Assembly (NCBI GenBank): GCA_000002435.2
Contig: CM018792.1
Source: Giardia intestinalis
Taxonomy: Eukaryota
DNA length: 64,000 bases
Reading direction: 5' to 3' (one strand)
The position numbers and the translations under genes were made by a program. Positions 9,509-18,897 of the stretch are shown piece by piece (the stretch's first letter is position 1; each line of letters opens with the position of its first letter). The notes below the pieces were generated by a model that had not been told where the DNA came from, searched no databases, and saw nothing but the letters and a program-made list of their open reading frames with translations.

Positions 9509-10966
9509 TTAGTTTACTTGGCTACTGAGAAAGGGTATAGACCTCTTATCAAGATCGAACGCAGAGACAGACGGCCGAGACGACACTGTTGCCTCATGAG
9601 GTTGCCTAGACTGGACTGGCTTAGAGATTGGCGGCAACTCGTCCTCTTCATCCGAGAAAACCGAAGAAAACGATGCGGATCGGGAATGCCCATCTGTTCT
9701 GCGCCCATACATTTGTTCGTGACTGTCTATGTCCAGAGAAGCATTGGTTTTGGTAGATGTCGTAGATACATTCTGTAACTGAAAGTGAGACTGTGCTGCA
9801 GTCGCATGGCTATGTGTATACCGGAGTGTTTTAGTTATTGATGGCAGCGCTTCTGGAAGCTCAAAACTAAGTTCGGACATGTATGGATTTTGAACGCCCT
9901 CTGTGAGATCAAAGAAGTCTCCATCCTCCTTTAATCTTTGTCTTCTGTCTCTGTTCAGTCGCTGACGCTTATCTGCATGATCCCCAATTCTCTGTCTATA
10001 AGATTTTGCCACCACTTCTTGATACTTGTTGACTACCGGCACATTTAGCGGACTTTTACTCGTACTACTACTTCTTGCTGCCAAGGAGACAATGCTCGAC
10101 CTTGACCTAATTCCTGATAATCCCAATTCTTCTCTCCGCTCTACAGTTCGCTTCTTTTCAGCCATTTGTGTGTAGTAGTTTGTTATTTCAGCCCGATTTA
10201 CATGCTCATGAGGAGCATATTGAATGGGCAAGCGTACTGTATTTCCCTGAGACCGTCCGACAGAGCTGGGAGTCATTGATCGCTGAGACCTTCCAGACCT
10301 GCTATCAGAGATGAGACGCTGTCCGGGCCGTGGCTCAAGCCGCATCTCACCATTTCTACTGTCATCCCAAGAAGAATGCTGTGTAGCCTTCCATGCTCCT
10401 GAGCTGGAGGATCTTTGCATGGCGTGATTCGCCCCTCGCTCCGACTCGCTGCTTCTCCTTGATGTGCTAGACGTATTGAACTGATTCCGTTTATTGGTTT
10501 CGCAAAGAACTGTAAGGGTCTCTAAATATGATTTATCGACAGCGATAGAAGCATTTGGAGCTCGTTTAACGTTGAATATTTGACCGTGTGTTACCAGTCG
10601 GTAGGCCTCTGCGAGAAGCTCCATTGGCTCAGCATGGTTCCTTAATCCTTCAGTGATCGCATCAATTGCCGCGTTTCTGCGAAATATAGCCATTTCAAAC
10701 TCAGCCCTGAAGACCCATGCTTCAGCGCATCGCCTAATCTGTGGGTGTTTGTCTGCAAAGTCATTAAGGATAGTGGACGCATAAATAAACCGAGCATCTA
10801 CCATAGCCGCTTGCAAAGCTGCTTGGCACTTTGTTGCGAAGTCGCGCTTTGAGAACTGTAAATCAATGATTGTTTCGAGGTAGAAAGTCCTCGGAGGCCG
10901 CAGAATACTCAACCGAGGGCCTACTATCTTTAGGGTCTCTGCGGCAGAGCCCAGTTTCTCTGGCAT
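9509..10966 (-). CDS. Hypothetical protein with N-terminal helical domain and long Ser/Arg-rich low-complexity region (485 aa from first ATG)
   Basis: Track start at 10972 is TTG. The first in-frame ATG is 10966 (gttttttgtttATGcca). The middle of the protein is SR/RS-rich (SRSGRSQRSMTPSS, RDRRQRLKEDGDFF). Confidence 0.75.
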   Translation of the reverse strand: MPEKLGSAAETLKIVGPRLSILRPPRTFYLETIIDLQFSKRDFATKCQAALQAAMVDARFIYASTILNDFADKHPQIRRCAEAWVFRAEFEMAIFRRNAAIDAITEGLRNHAEPMELLAEAYRLVTHGQIFNVKRAPNASIAVDKSYLETLTVLCETNKRNQFNTSSTSRRSSESERGANHAMQRSSSSGAWKATQHSSWDDSRNGEMRLEPRPGQRLISDSRSGRSQRSMTPSSVGRSQGNTVRLPIQYAPHEHVNRAEITNYYTQMAEKKRTVERREELGLSGIRSRSSIVSLAARSSSTSKSPLNVPVVNKYQEVVAKSYRQRIGDHADKRQRLNRDRRQRLKEDGDFFDLTEGVQNPYMSELSFELPEALPSITKTLRYTHSHATAAQSHFQLQNVSTTSTKTNASLDIDSHEQMYGRRTDGHSRSASFSSVFSDEEDELPPISKPVQSRQPHEATVSSRPSVSAFDLDKRSIPFLSSQVN

Positions 10967-11111
10967 AAACAAAAAACCGATTATTTACGGAGAATGAACA
11001 AACTAATTTATTTTAGTCACAGAGGAACATAGGAGCCATGCGACGGTAACATACGTACCTGAGTAGGTTCGCATCCTTTTCATCAGCAGTGTGCTAGAAA
11101 TAAAACTGAGC

Positions 11112-11321
11112 ATGGAGAAACCACAGATGTGTGATGCGGAGATAAACACGCCAATCTACAAGGAGGGATGTGAAACAGGACCAGCTACGGATGGAAACCC
11201 CAGTGAAGCTGCACTCAAGCTGAAGACCAGTCTTATTGAGGCTGAAAGGCTTCTTCAAGCAATTAAGATGGACTTCAGGAATCTTCAGATACTCGCGAAC
11301 GATGAGTGTGCGTCGGCATGA
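11112..11321 (+). CDS. Possible small coiled-coil protein (69 aa); weak call
   Basis: Track ORF 11091 starts at GTG. An in-frame ATG at 11112 has A/T-rich context (agaaataaaactgagcATG). It sits in a 380-bp otherwise empty gap. No homology recognised. Confidence 0.25.
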   Translation: MEKPQMCDAEINTPIYKEGCETGPATDGNPSEAALKLKTSLIEAERLLQAIKMDFRNLQILANDECASA

Positions 11322-11349
11322 AGCAGAACACGCGCAGTTTTGCGATAGG

Positions 11350-13692
11350 CTAGTTCCAGTGCAAGCGACTAGTAAATTGCTCTCCTTCCACATAAAATTC
11401 GCTGGGCGAGCTTGTGCAGATGACGTCCCTCTGTGCCAATTGTTGATTGGTAAATATAACTATTAGAATTGCCAGGCAGCGACCCATAAGGGTGCTATAT
11501 GAGCAGTGGAGAACAACCGCGCTCAGTGACTCTGTGGAGACACCGTCAACGGGTCGCAGTTTCAAAATATGCCCATAGGGATAGTTGTGCAATACTGTGA
11601 GAGAGATGATCTTTGTATAACGTGTTGCTAGGCAGAGCACAGACTCTAGCTCAAGTGAGCGAGCTGGCAAGCTCTCTACGAAGCTCTCTAACCGTGCAAT
11701 TGTTGCAGAGACATCAATCTCATTGAGGTTATCCTTCGCAGCCCCCATATGCGACCCAAGGTTGGATTGGCTTAGCTTGATTGCAGGTGTGGTGATCCAT
11801 TGCATAAAGGCATCCTTGACCTGCTTGACTTTGGCCCTTCGCAGTGGATAGCACTGATCGTAGAGCTCCTTGCAAACTTCCTCAAGCACAAGGTCAAAGC
11901 ATGTTGCTACAGGAGAACTGAGATAGGCATTTGTGAGCTCAGTAGAACCAACAATCTGCGACACATACCAGAGAACAGACCTAGAGCTATAAGAGTGAGC
12001 CCGCTTGGTCCTGGGCCGCCTCGCCCAGGCACCAAAAGCATCGAGAACATGAGACAGATTATAGTAGAGCGTCGACGGAGCAAGTGTAGTGGGAATGCAC
12101 GGGGCTTGCGTGAGGTTAGAAACCGTTATTAGAAGCTCTTTCTCCCCCAAGATGGGGATACCATCGCGTACCAGACCAAGAAGGAAAGGCTGGGCTTCAT
12201 CTTTTGAAACCGCAAACGACAGAGAAGCAAACTGAGAGGTACTTAGAATAGGTTGGAAGATGATTGAGGTTTGTCCAGAAGAAGCAGCACTTGCTGGGGG
12301 CGGTGTAACAAACTCAAGACTGGTCAATGGCATTATGTCAACGTGCGTTGGTCTAGACAAGGGTTTTGGAGCTTCAGTTAACGGAGACTCATGTGCAAGT
12401 TCAATGGGTTTAGAATCGCATTGTGTTGCAACGCAATCAATACTGTCATCATGTATAACCTCTCCCTCGTCCAGTGGCACCTGGTAATGACCCAATAGGG
12501 CCGTTAGGTCTTTCCGGGCATCACTGGAAAGGACTTGCATGACTCGCAGTTTCCGTAAAGAATCATTAGACAAATATGTCTCCATTTCTTTCGTTAGTTG
12601 TGTCAGGGTCTGGTCATCAAAAAGCTCTAAAGAAGCACTTTGTATTTTATAACGCAACGCATTGCGAGAGCCCCGACTCCACTCCGGGGGTTCTCCTAAG
12701 GGTGCTAGGGTGAGCCTCGTAATTCTGAATGCACGAAGAATCGTAGAGTTGGTAAAATTATTATGAAGTAAATCGTTAGTAAAGTAATTAGACGGAAGCA
12801 TGGAGGTGGTACCTGTGCAAGATACTGCTGAGCAATTAGGGTAGCAGGTGTGAAAGCGAGCCTCAGGGGTTAGATCCTTTGCCGCCCGCAGACTAGAATA
12901 CTCTGTATGCCCCCACACTCTCCTGGAAATAGCATTGCAAATACGCTTAATGCCAGCATCCACGTCATAGCACATTCCAGATTTGAAGTCTCGCTGCCGA
13001 GCAAGGATTGTCATATGAACCAGGTCGGGTAATGACTGCATAACGGGAAACCGTCGACGAATCAGTTCCTCGTCCAGCATATTGTATGATACCAGATACC
13101 TGTGCTCATTAGCATTGCCTCCGTTATCACCTATATAGGATAGAAATGCAGGCACAAACCCTCCTAAAAGTAGAGGAGCCGCCGAATTCTGTTCTCGCAA
13201 GTGGATCAGCTCCTCGATGATGGAGGGTGAGCCCAGTGCACCATTAGTTGAGTCCGCGCTTGTATGGATGATTGCATATCTCTGCTGCAAATTGCAATAG
13301 CAGACGGCCCCTGACAGAAGGGTACGCTCTACATAACGAAGTTGCTTCTGGTTGGAGTGGACAGGCATGCGCACTCCGTTGCGTATCCTGATAGAAAAGC
13401 GCTTGGCAAAGAAGACACGCAACCGAGGGAGTGACCGACGCCGCCGGGCTTTACGAGAAAGCTTTGGTGGTGGTGCTAGCTTATCGCGCTTGGCAAGAGT
13501 TTTGAATACTCGTGGAAGGCACCTGACCGACCAGCTCATGAGCCTTCGGCGCCGGTGTCGCGGGAGAAGCTGATATGTCCGGAACGTCTTATGACGTCCC
13601 GCAGCATCCAAAAGGGCCTTTATAGCATTCATCTGCTCCTTGAGCAGGGACTCGCCGTTGAGTGAAGCCAGCTTCGATGGAGGACTCGCCAT
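11350..13692 (-). CDS. POP1: RNase P/MRP protein subunit POP1-like (780 aa from first ATG)
   Basis: Track start 13698 is TTG; first ATG is 13692. The N-terminal region has a basic RHRRRRLMSWSVRCLPR stretch, then RRRRSLPRLRVFFAKRFSIRIRNGVRMP and GAVCYCNLQQRYAIIH. These match the POP1-domain signatures (Arg-rich segment, then the W/FHAKRFHM motif, then the 'DLSY..IxLxG'-type block). Confidence 0.5.
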   Translation of the reverse strand: MASPPSKLASLNGESLLKEQMNAIKALLDAAGRHKTFRTYQLLPRHRRRRLMSWSVRCLPRVFKTLAKRDKLAPPPKLSRKARRRRSLPRLRVFFAKRFSIRIRNGVRMPVHSNQKQLRYVERTLLSGAVCYCNLQQRYAIIHTSADSTNGALGSPSIIEELIHLREQNSAAPLLLGGFVPAFLSYIGDNGGNANEHRYLVSYNMLDEELIRRRFPVMQSLPDLVHMTILARQRDFKSGMCYDVDAGIKRICNAISRRVWGHTEYSSLRAAKDLTPEARFHTCYPNCSAVSCTGTTSMLPSNYFTNDLLHNNFTNSTILRAFRITRLTLAPLGEPPEWSRGSRNALRYKIQSASLELFDDQTLTQLTKEMETYLSNDSLRKLRVMQVLSSDARKDLTALLGHYQVPLDEGEVIHDDSIDCVATQCDSKPIELAHESPLTEAPKPLSRPTHVDIMPLTSLEFVTPPPASAASSGQTSIIFQPILSTSQFASLSFAVSKDEAQPFLLGLVRDGIPILGEKELLITVSNLTQAPCIPTTLAPSTLYYNLSHVLDAFGAWARRPRTKRAHSYSSRSVLWYVSQIVGSTELTNAYLSSPVATCFDLVLEEVCKELYDQCYPLRRAKVKQVKDAFMQWITTPAIKLSQSNLGSHMGAAKDNLNEIDVSATIARLESFVESLPARSLELESVLCLATRYTKIISLTVLHNYPYGHILKLRPVDGVSTESLSAVVLHCSYSTLMGRCLAILIVIFTNQQLAQRDVICTSSPSEFYVEGEQFTSRLHWN

Positions 13693-13789
13693 CCACAAAG
13701 TATAATCAAGCGGCTGGTCTTCCTTTTTGCTGAATCATGAATTCATACTCAAAAAGTCGCGTAATTCGTCGTTGCAAGCAAAGGCGACG

Positions 13790-16750
13790 ATGGCTAGCAG
13801 CTACCAGCGGCCTAACCAGCCATTCAATGGGGTAACTGTCACGCAAGAAGGACAGGAAGCGACAGTCATAGTGATATTGCCAAAATTGACTGAAAAGGGT
13901 ATCAATAACATGGCACAGCACTTGCGATGGTTAAGCAAGCTTGCGCACACGCACATCTCGCCCTTGATATCACACACTTATTCCAAAGAAAGCTCATGTC
14001 TTTCTCTCAAATACTTTGTTGGAGACGCGGTGCAACTATCCCAAATCATGGCCCGCTCTGCAGAGAAGAGCTCTGGAAAAGCACATATCACAGAGACAAC
14101 CATAATAGGCTTGTTATTGCATGCTGCGGCAGCGCTGGGATTTGTCTGCAATCCGATTCGCTCTCAGCTGATGAATATTCCTCCACAGCATCACTCCTTT
14201 CTCTCTCCAGACTTCATCTTCATTAATGAACACACGAGAATGGCTTCCATCGTCGCAGTAGGAATCTATTGGAATCTTCTGCAGCCAGAGGATTCTAGAG
14301 ACATGATGCCCACCATTTCTTATAGTCGCGAGAAAGAAGATGTTCTGGTGTTAGGGAAGCTGATTAATAACATCATCATGCAATCAACTGGGTCCTACTC
14401 TGGGCTACTAAAGCGGATTGTCAATCTTATGCTCAATGAAGATCCGCAATCTCGACCGAACTTTGCTGATCTATATATTTTTCTCTCATCACTAGTAGAA
14501 CTACAACAAAATCCTCAATATAAGCCTAAGGGTTCTACGGCACCACCAGATGAACTGCAACCTCCTCGAGCTATGCGGCGTGCAAGTACCCAAATACCAG
14601 ACTATCAGCGCTCTCCGTCACCGACGTATGAGAGATATACATCAACTATGCACCGATCTATAGAGGTACCCAAGACTTCTCGTTGTGTCCAAAGTCCCAC
14701 AGAACAATTCAGTCACACAGCACCCATCAAGCGACCAGTATCTGTCCTGCAGCAGGTAATAAAGACTAGGAGCCAGTCAAGGACTATGCAACCCATCTTC
14801 CCACAGTCTTCTCCAAGTCTGCAAACACAACAAGCAGGCAATCCAGTTAGTAAGAACATGAAGGTTACTAGAAAATGCAATCCGCTCTTCGAAGCAGTGG
14901 AGTCTAATGACATTGGCGAAGTGCGCCGTTTGAAAGAGCTGTTTGCACGGGGAACAGATGCTTCGGGGAATACTGCACTCATAAGGGCCTTACAACTTCG
15001 TAATACAGACATTGCCATGGAGCTCCTTCCCTTAGAATATCAGAAACGGAACAGCAAGGGCCAGCTGCCTCTAATGGTTTCTTTAATAGAGAAGATGGAT
15101 GCAGTTGCCGTCGAGCTACTCCTTAATTACGATGAGTTCTATGGCACAACAGACGATAAGGGGAACACAGCATTGATGTATGCAGTCATGAGCCACTTTA
15201 AAAAGGCGGTAGAGGTCCTTGCAGTACACGAGCACAGCATTCCAAACAAAGAAGGAACATATCCTATACACGTTGCCATAAAGCATGGATTTATTGATCT
15301 AGCGCTATATCTCTTAGAATATAATAGTGATGTACTAGATAGAGAATACAGGACCCTTTCTGAATACTGTGATCTTTACAATTGTCCACTAGTGAAAGAT
15401 AGACTTCTAACCATTAGCAAGCGAGCATCTAGCGCACCTTCTGATTACACAGCCTTAATGGTGGCTGCTGGCTTGAACGATATTGACGATCTATACAGGT
15501 ATCTTCCCTCGCATGTAGGTATGCGGCATGCATCTGGGGAAACAGCGCTTATGGTGGCCATCCGAAAGAACCAGGTGGATGCCATGCGAGTACTCCTTCC
15601 ATATGAGTTTCACCTTCCGGACAAAACCGGCCACTTCTTCATGTACCAAGCAGGGTTAACAGGCTCGCGGCAGCTTATCAAGTGTGCACTGGACTCTTTG
15701 TTCACTGATGCCATGCTTATGTGTTTGCAGTTTGATGACAATCTAAGTGAGATTGCGATAGAGCTACGAGCCATGATAGAGGAGGCCTTGGTTTCCAACG
15801 ACCAGGATCTCTTACGAAATTGCATTCAAGATCTTGATAGCATAATTAGTCACCAAGTAGAAACCGGAGCCATAGTCACGTACTATGACGATCTTTGGGT
15901 CGGTCCATCCACCCCACTATTGATTCCAGACTCTGCAGTGCATCTGGGAGAAGCAGATTTGGACATCAACGCCTTGAATGTATCGAATTCAGGTGTATAT
16001 GCAGAGGCATCGACCAGTTCACAGCTAACTGAGCAAGTCATTACAAGTAGGTTAAGGCTCTCCAAACCTTCGTATGCGTCTAACGTTTTTAAGGACGCGA
16101 AGAGTGTCACTTCATCTAAGCCAAGTAGGCTAGGTCGTCGCTCCTCGAGCAGCCTTGCACTATCGTCTACTGTCCAGGTCAATGACGTTTCTAAACCAGC
16201 TAGTAAGGTCTCTACTGTGATCAACGGGGATTCGCATGATCCCTCGTCCTCGACTGGTTTGTCAGCAGAAAGAAAGAAAGCTAAAACACTACTAACAGCA
16301 AGTACGGTTGGATTTAAGGATCTCTCCGAGAGTCTCCAGTCATCTTCAGCAACCCTTTTTTCCACAGACATAAATGAATACGGTAACACCCCGTTGACAT
16401 GCTCTGTGTTGAACAGCGATGTTGACTCCGTAAAAAGTTTCGCCAAAAGGTATGCATGCTCTCTCAATAACAAAGGTGAGACCGCACTCCACACGGCTCT
16501 TCAGTTACCCAACAATTCTACTACCGTAGAAATGGTGCGCATATTGGCACCACTAGAATGGAATGTTTCTTCATCAAATGGCACATATCCCATCGAATTG
16601 GCCGCCATCAGGATGCTCCGTGAGGCATTTCTCATATTAGTAGAGCACGACTCCCGCTACTCGGCTGAATCAGTCAAGGCCATCAAAAAAGCAATAGATG
16701 AAGGTGACACAAAGACTGTGAAAAGCCTTGTCTGGTCTAAGCAGATGTAG
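13790..16750 (+). CDS. NEK-like pseudokinase fused to ankyrin repeats (Giardia NEK/'21.1' family)
   Basis: Track start 13727 is TTG; first in-frame ATG is 13790 (MASSYQRPNQ...). The N-terminal ~270 aa has a kinase-like fold ending in ...NEDPQSRPNFADL (subdomain XI-like) but lacks an HRDLKPxN catalytic loop. The C-terminal half has repeated GNTALM../..TALMVA ankyrin units. Confidence 0.6.
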   Translation: MASSYQRPNQPFNGVTVTQEGQEATVIVILPKLTEKGINNMAQHLRWLSKLAHTHISPLISHTYSKESSCLSLKYFVGDAVQLSQIMARSAEKSSGKAHITETTIIGLLLHAAAALGFVCNPIRSQLMNIPPQHHSFLSPDFIFINEHTRMASIVAVGIYWNLLQPEDSRDMMPTISYSREKEDVLVLGKLINNIIMQSTGSYSGLLKRIVNLMLNEDPQSRPNFADLYIFLSSLVELQQNPQYKPKGSTAPPDELQPPRAMRRASTQIPDYQRSPSPTYERYTSTMHRSIEVPKTSRCVQSPTEQFSHTAPIKRPVSVLQQVIKTRSQSRTMQPIFPQSSPSLQTQQAGNPVSKNMKVTRKCNPLFEAVESNDIGEVRRLKELFARGTDASGNTALIRALQLRNTDIAMELLPLEYQKRNSKGQLPLMVSLIEKMDAVAVELLLNYDEFYGTTDDKGNTALMYAVMSHFKKAVEVLAVHEHSIPNKEGTYPIHVAIKHGFIDLALYLLEYNSDVLDREYRTLSEYCDLYNCPLVKDRLLTISKRASSAPSDYTALMVAAGLNDIDDLYRYLPSHVGMRHASGETALMVAIRKNQVDAMRVLLPYEFHLPDKTGHFFMYQAGLTGSRQLIKCALDSLFTDAMLMCLQFDDNLSEIAIELRAMIEEALVSNDQDLLRNCIQDLDSIISHQVETGAIVTYYDDLWVGPSTPLLIPDSAVHLGEADLDINALNVSNSGVYAEASTSSQLTEQVITSRLRLSKPSYASNVFKDAKSVTSSKPSRLGRRSSSSLALSSTVQVNDVSKPASKVSTVINGDSHDPSSSTGLSAERKKAKTLLTASTVGFKDLSESLQSSSATLFSTDINEYGNTPLTCSVLNSDVDSVKSFAKRYACSLNNKGETALHTALQLPNNSTTVEMVRILAPLEWNVSSSNGTYPIELAAIRMLREAFLILVEHDSRYSAESVKAIKKAIDEGDTKTVKSLVWSKQM

Positions 16751-16802
16751 GCTTGTGTACCGTATGAATCCCGGACCATAATTTCAAAAATTCGGAAAAT
16801 AC

Positions 16803-18887
16803 ATGTCTAGACGCCCTCCACAGCCTCTATCACAGCACTCATCGTGCATTAAGCTCGACCAAGATGCTAGTGTGTCAAAGACTATGGTATCCATGACACC
16901 ACTAACTGCCATGCTGAATAGAGTCTATAGTCAGAAGTGCGCCGTGCGTAACGTGTCGCGAGGTACAACAGGTCCGGAATCTAAGAAAAGCGCCTCTAAC
17001 TCGTCAGCAGTTGCCCCCACTCCTTCACTTGGCTCAAAGACAGTTACATCTGAGGACGTACTGAAAGCTATAGATCAACTCTCCATTACCTTCCAGGACA
17101 TAAAGAAATCATCGGATTTGACCGCAAAGTCAGTGTCCCAAACAAAGCCTCTTAGCTCCATAACGGCAAATGACCTGAACGCCCTTCCACAGTCTGGTCA
17201 GGCTGCTGCCGCAGTAGACGTTACTCAGGAAAACGACTCTTCCACAAATCTGGACAATTTTGAATTCACTGGAAAAACAATGCAGGAGAAGGTTGCTGAG
17301 CTTAGAGCTAAGCCGGAGATTTTGAAGAAGATAATAGCAGACTGCAACAACGAAAAGGCAAAGGCAGTGCTAGCCAAGAGAACAAAAAACTTGGAGGACA
17401 GAATAGCACACAGAGCTTTTCTCTCTCGCATGGAGCAGGGGACGGTTCCACAGAGCAATCCCCGCTGTTACACAGATTCACTTCAACACAGGCATTTGTT
17501 TACGCCCTATGCTGCGAGTTATAAGACTACGGGAGATAGAGTTACAACCTCTGGTAACATACCGACCGAATTATCAGCCTCTCTAAACCAAAAGATTCGT
17601 ACTTGCCTCGCTAGTTCCACTCCAAAAGCTGCGGGTGCCTCTGGCTCCGCTCTCGAAATAGGATCCTATCAAGATACGCAGCTTTTCTCGACGGCAGTAC
17701 CTCCGCTTATTCCAGACATTGTGAAGCATAATCGGCTTCTTTCACGCACAGACTACTATACACCAGAAGTGGCAGCTCTCCGGAATGAATACAGAGGCTT
17801 ACGGGAAAATATTAAGATGGAGATGGTACTAAACAACTACGACGCAGTCACCATGAAAGAATATGAAAGGAGCTCTTCAGCATATCGCAACAAGCTACAA
17901 AATGCACCTGGAATTATTCTGCCTCAGACATTCATTATTCAACGCAACAAACTATGCCCCCTAATTTACCTAGCTGCTCGATTTGCGGCTCTCTTCGAAG
18001 TTTCGAAGCTCTACTCAGAAATCAATCTCAATAATGCATTGATGAGCAAGGCTGCGATCACTATTCAGTATGTGTTCCGCGCCTATGCCGCTCGCAGGAA
18101 CCTCGAGCGCATGCGCCAAGCGGCCACCACCATTCAGTTGGCATCGCTCCGCTTTCTCAATAGCCTTCGGCTACAGCGCCGTAGGGCATCGCTGCTTGTT
18201 ATTAAGCGATACCTCATGGATACATACAGACAAAATACATGGATGGCTGCGACGTATATGCACTATCATGGAGCCGCCACGATTGTGCAGTGGCTGCGCT
18301 TTCATTTGAAAAGAAAGAATGCTCGCTTGGAGTATATCCGGGCCTCTCTGCGCCTCTATGATTGGATCGTGACGAAGGAGCTCCTAGGCCAGAAAAAAGT
18401 CAAGGCGGCAGAGGCATTCATGCGTGCTGAGTCAAAGAAGAAGACAAAGCGGGACCCAACCACAGGGAAGAAGATCCTCCCTGTTGCCCCTAGCACTGCT
18501 GTCAATGATGAGGAGATAGGTGTAGCAGTGTTCCAGCCAGATATAATTAATATGCTCAGTAGAATACTATACAATCATATCGCACGTGTGAATGCAGGCC
18601 AACTCGATAAGATACACGAATACATATTGGGCCCTTGCAGAGGCTACTGTGGGGCCTGCATGTCCTTCATCCCCGGGGAAGAGTGCCTTTTAGAGGTAAT
18701 CCGCTGTGCCAAGGGCATTCACGGGACAGAGGGAAGCACCATGGGCGATCTCCAAGCTGCGATCAATGGTTTGCTTTTGGACAATCCACAGTACGTTGAA
18801 AAGGTCGTACTAGACGAGAACTTCGGACACGTGAAGGTCAGCATAGTCAATGGAGCTATTGTGGAGGTGAATGAAGACGAAGAATAA
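16803..18887 (+). CDS. Hypothetical protein with tandem IQ (calmodulin-binding-type) motifs (694 aa)
   Basis: ATG at 16803 (ggaaaatacATG). Contains AAITIQYVFRAYAARRNLERMRQAATTIQLASLRFLNSLRLQRRR, i.e. two IQxxxRGxxxR-like motifs. Confidence 0.75.
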   Translation: MSRRPPQPLSQHSSCIKLDQDASVSKTMVSMTPLTAMLNRVYSQKCAVRNVSRGTTGPESKKSASNSSAVAPTPSLGSKTVTSEDVLKAIDQLSITFQDIKKSSDLTAKSVSQTKPLSSITANDLNALPQSGQAAAAVDVTQENDSSTNLDNFEFTGKTMQEKVAELRAKPEILKKIIADCNNEKAKAVLAKRTKNLEDRIAHRAFLSRMEQGTVPQSNPRCYTDSLQHRHLFTPYAASYKTTGDRVTTSGNIPTELSASLNQKIRTCLASSTPKAAGASGSALEIGSYQDTQLFSTAVPPLIPDIVKHNRLLSRTDYYTPEVAALRNEYRGLRENIKMEMVLNNYDAVTMKEYERSSSAYRNKLQNAPGIILPQTFIIQRNKLCPLIYLAARFAALFEVSKLYSEINLNNALMSKAAITIQYVFRAYAARRNLERMRQAATTIQLASLRFLNSLRLQRRRASLLVIKRYLMDTYRQNTWMAATYMHYHGAATIVQWLRFHLKRKNARLEYIRASLRLYDWIVTKELLGQKKVKAAEAFMRAESKKKTKRDPTTGKKILPVAPSTAVNDEEIGVAVFQPDIINMLSRILYNHIARVNAGQLDKIHEYILGPCRGYCGACMSFIPGEECLLEVIRCAKGIHGTEGSTMGDLQAAINGLLLDNPQYVEKVVLDENFGHVKVSIVNGAIVEVNEDEE

Positions 18888-18897
18888 GCCTTTACAG

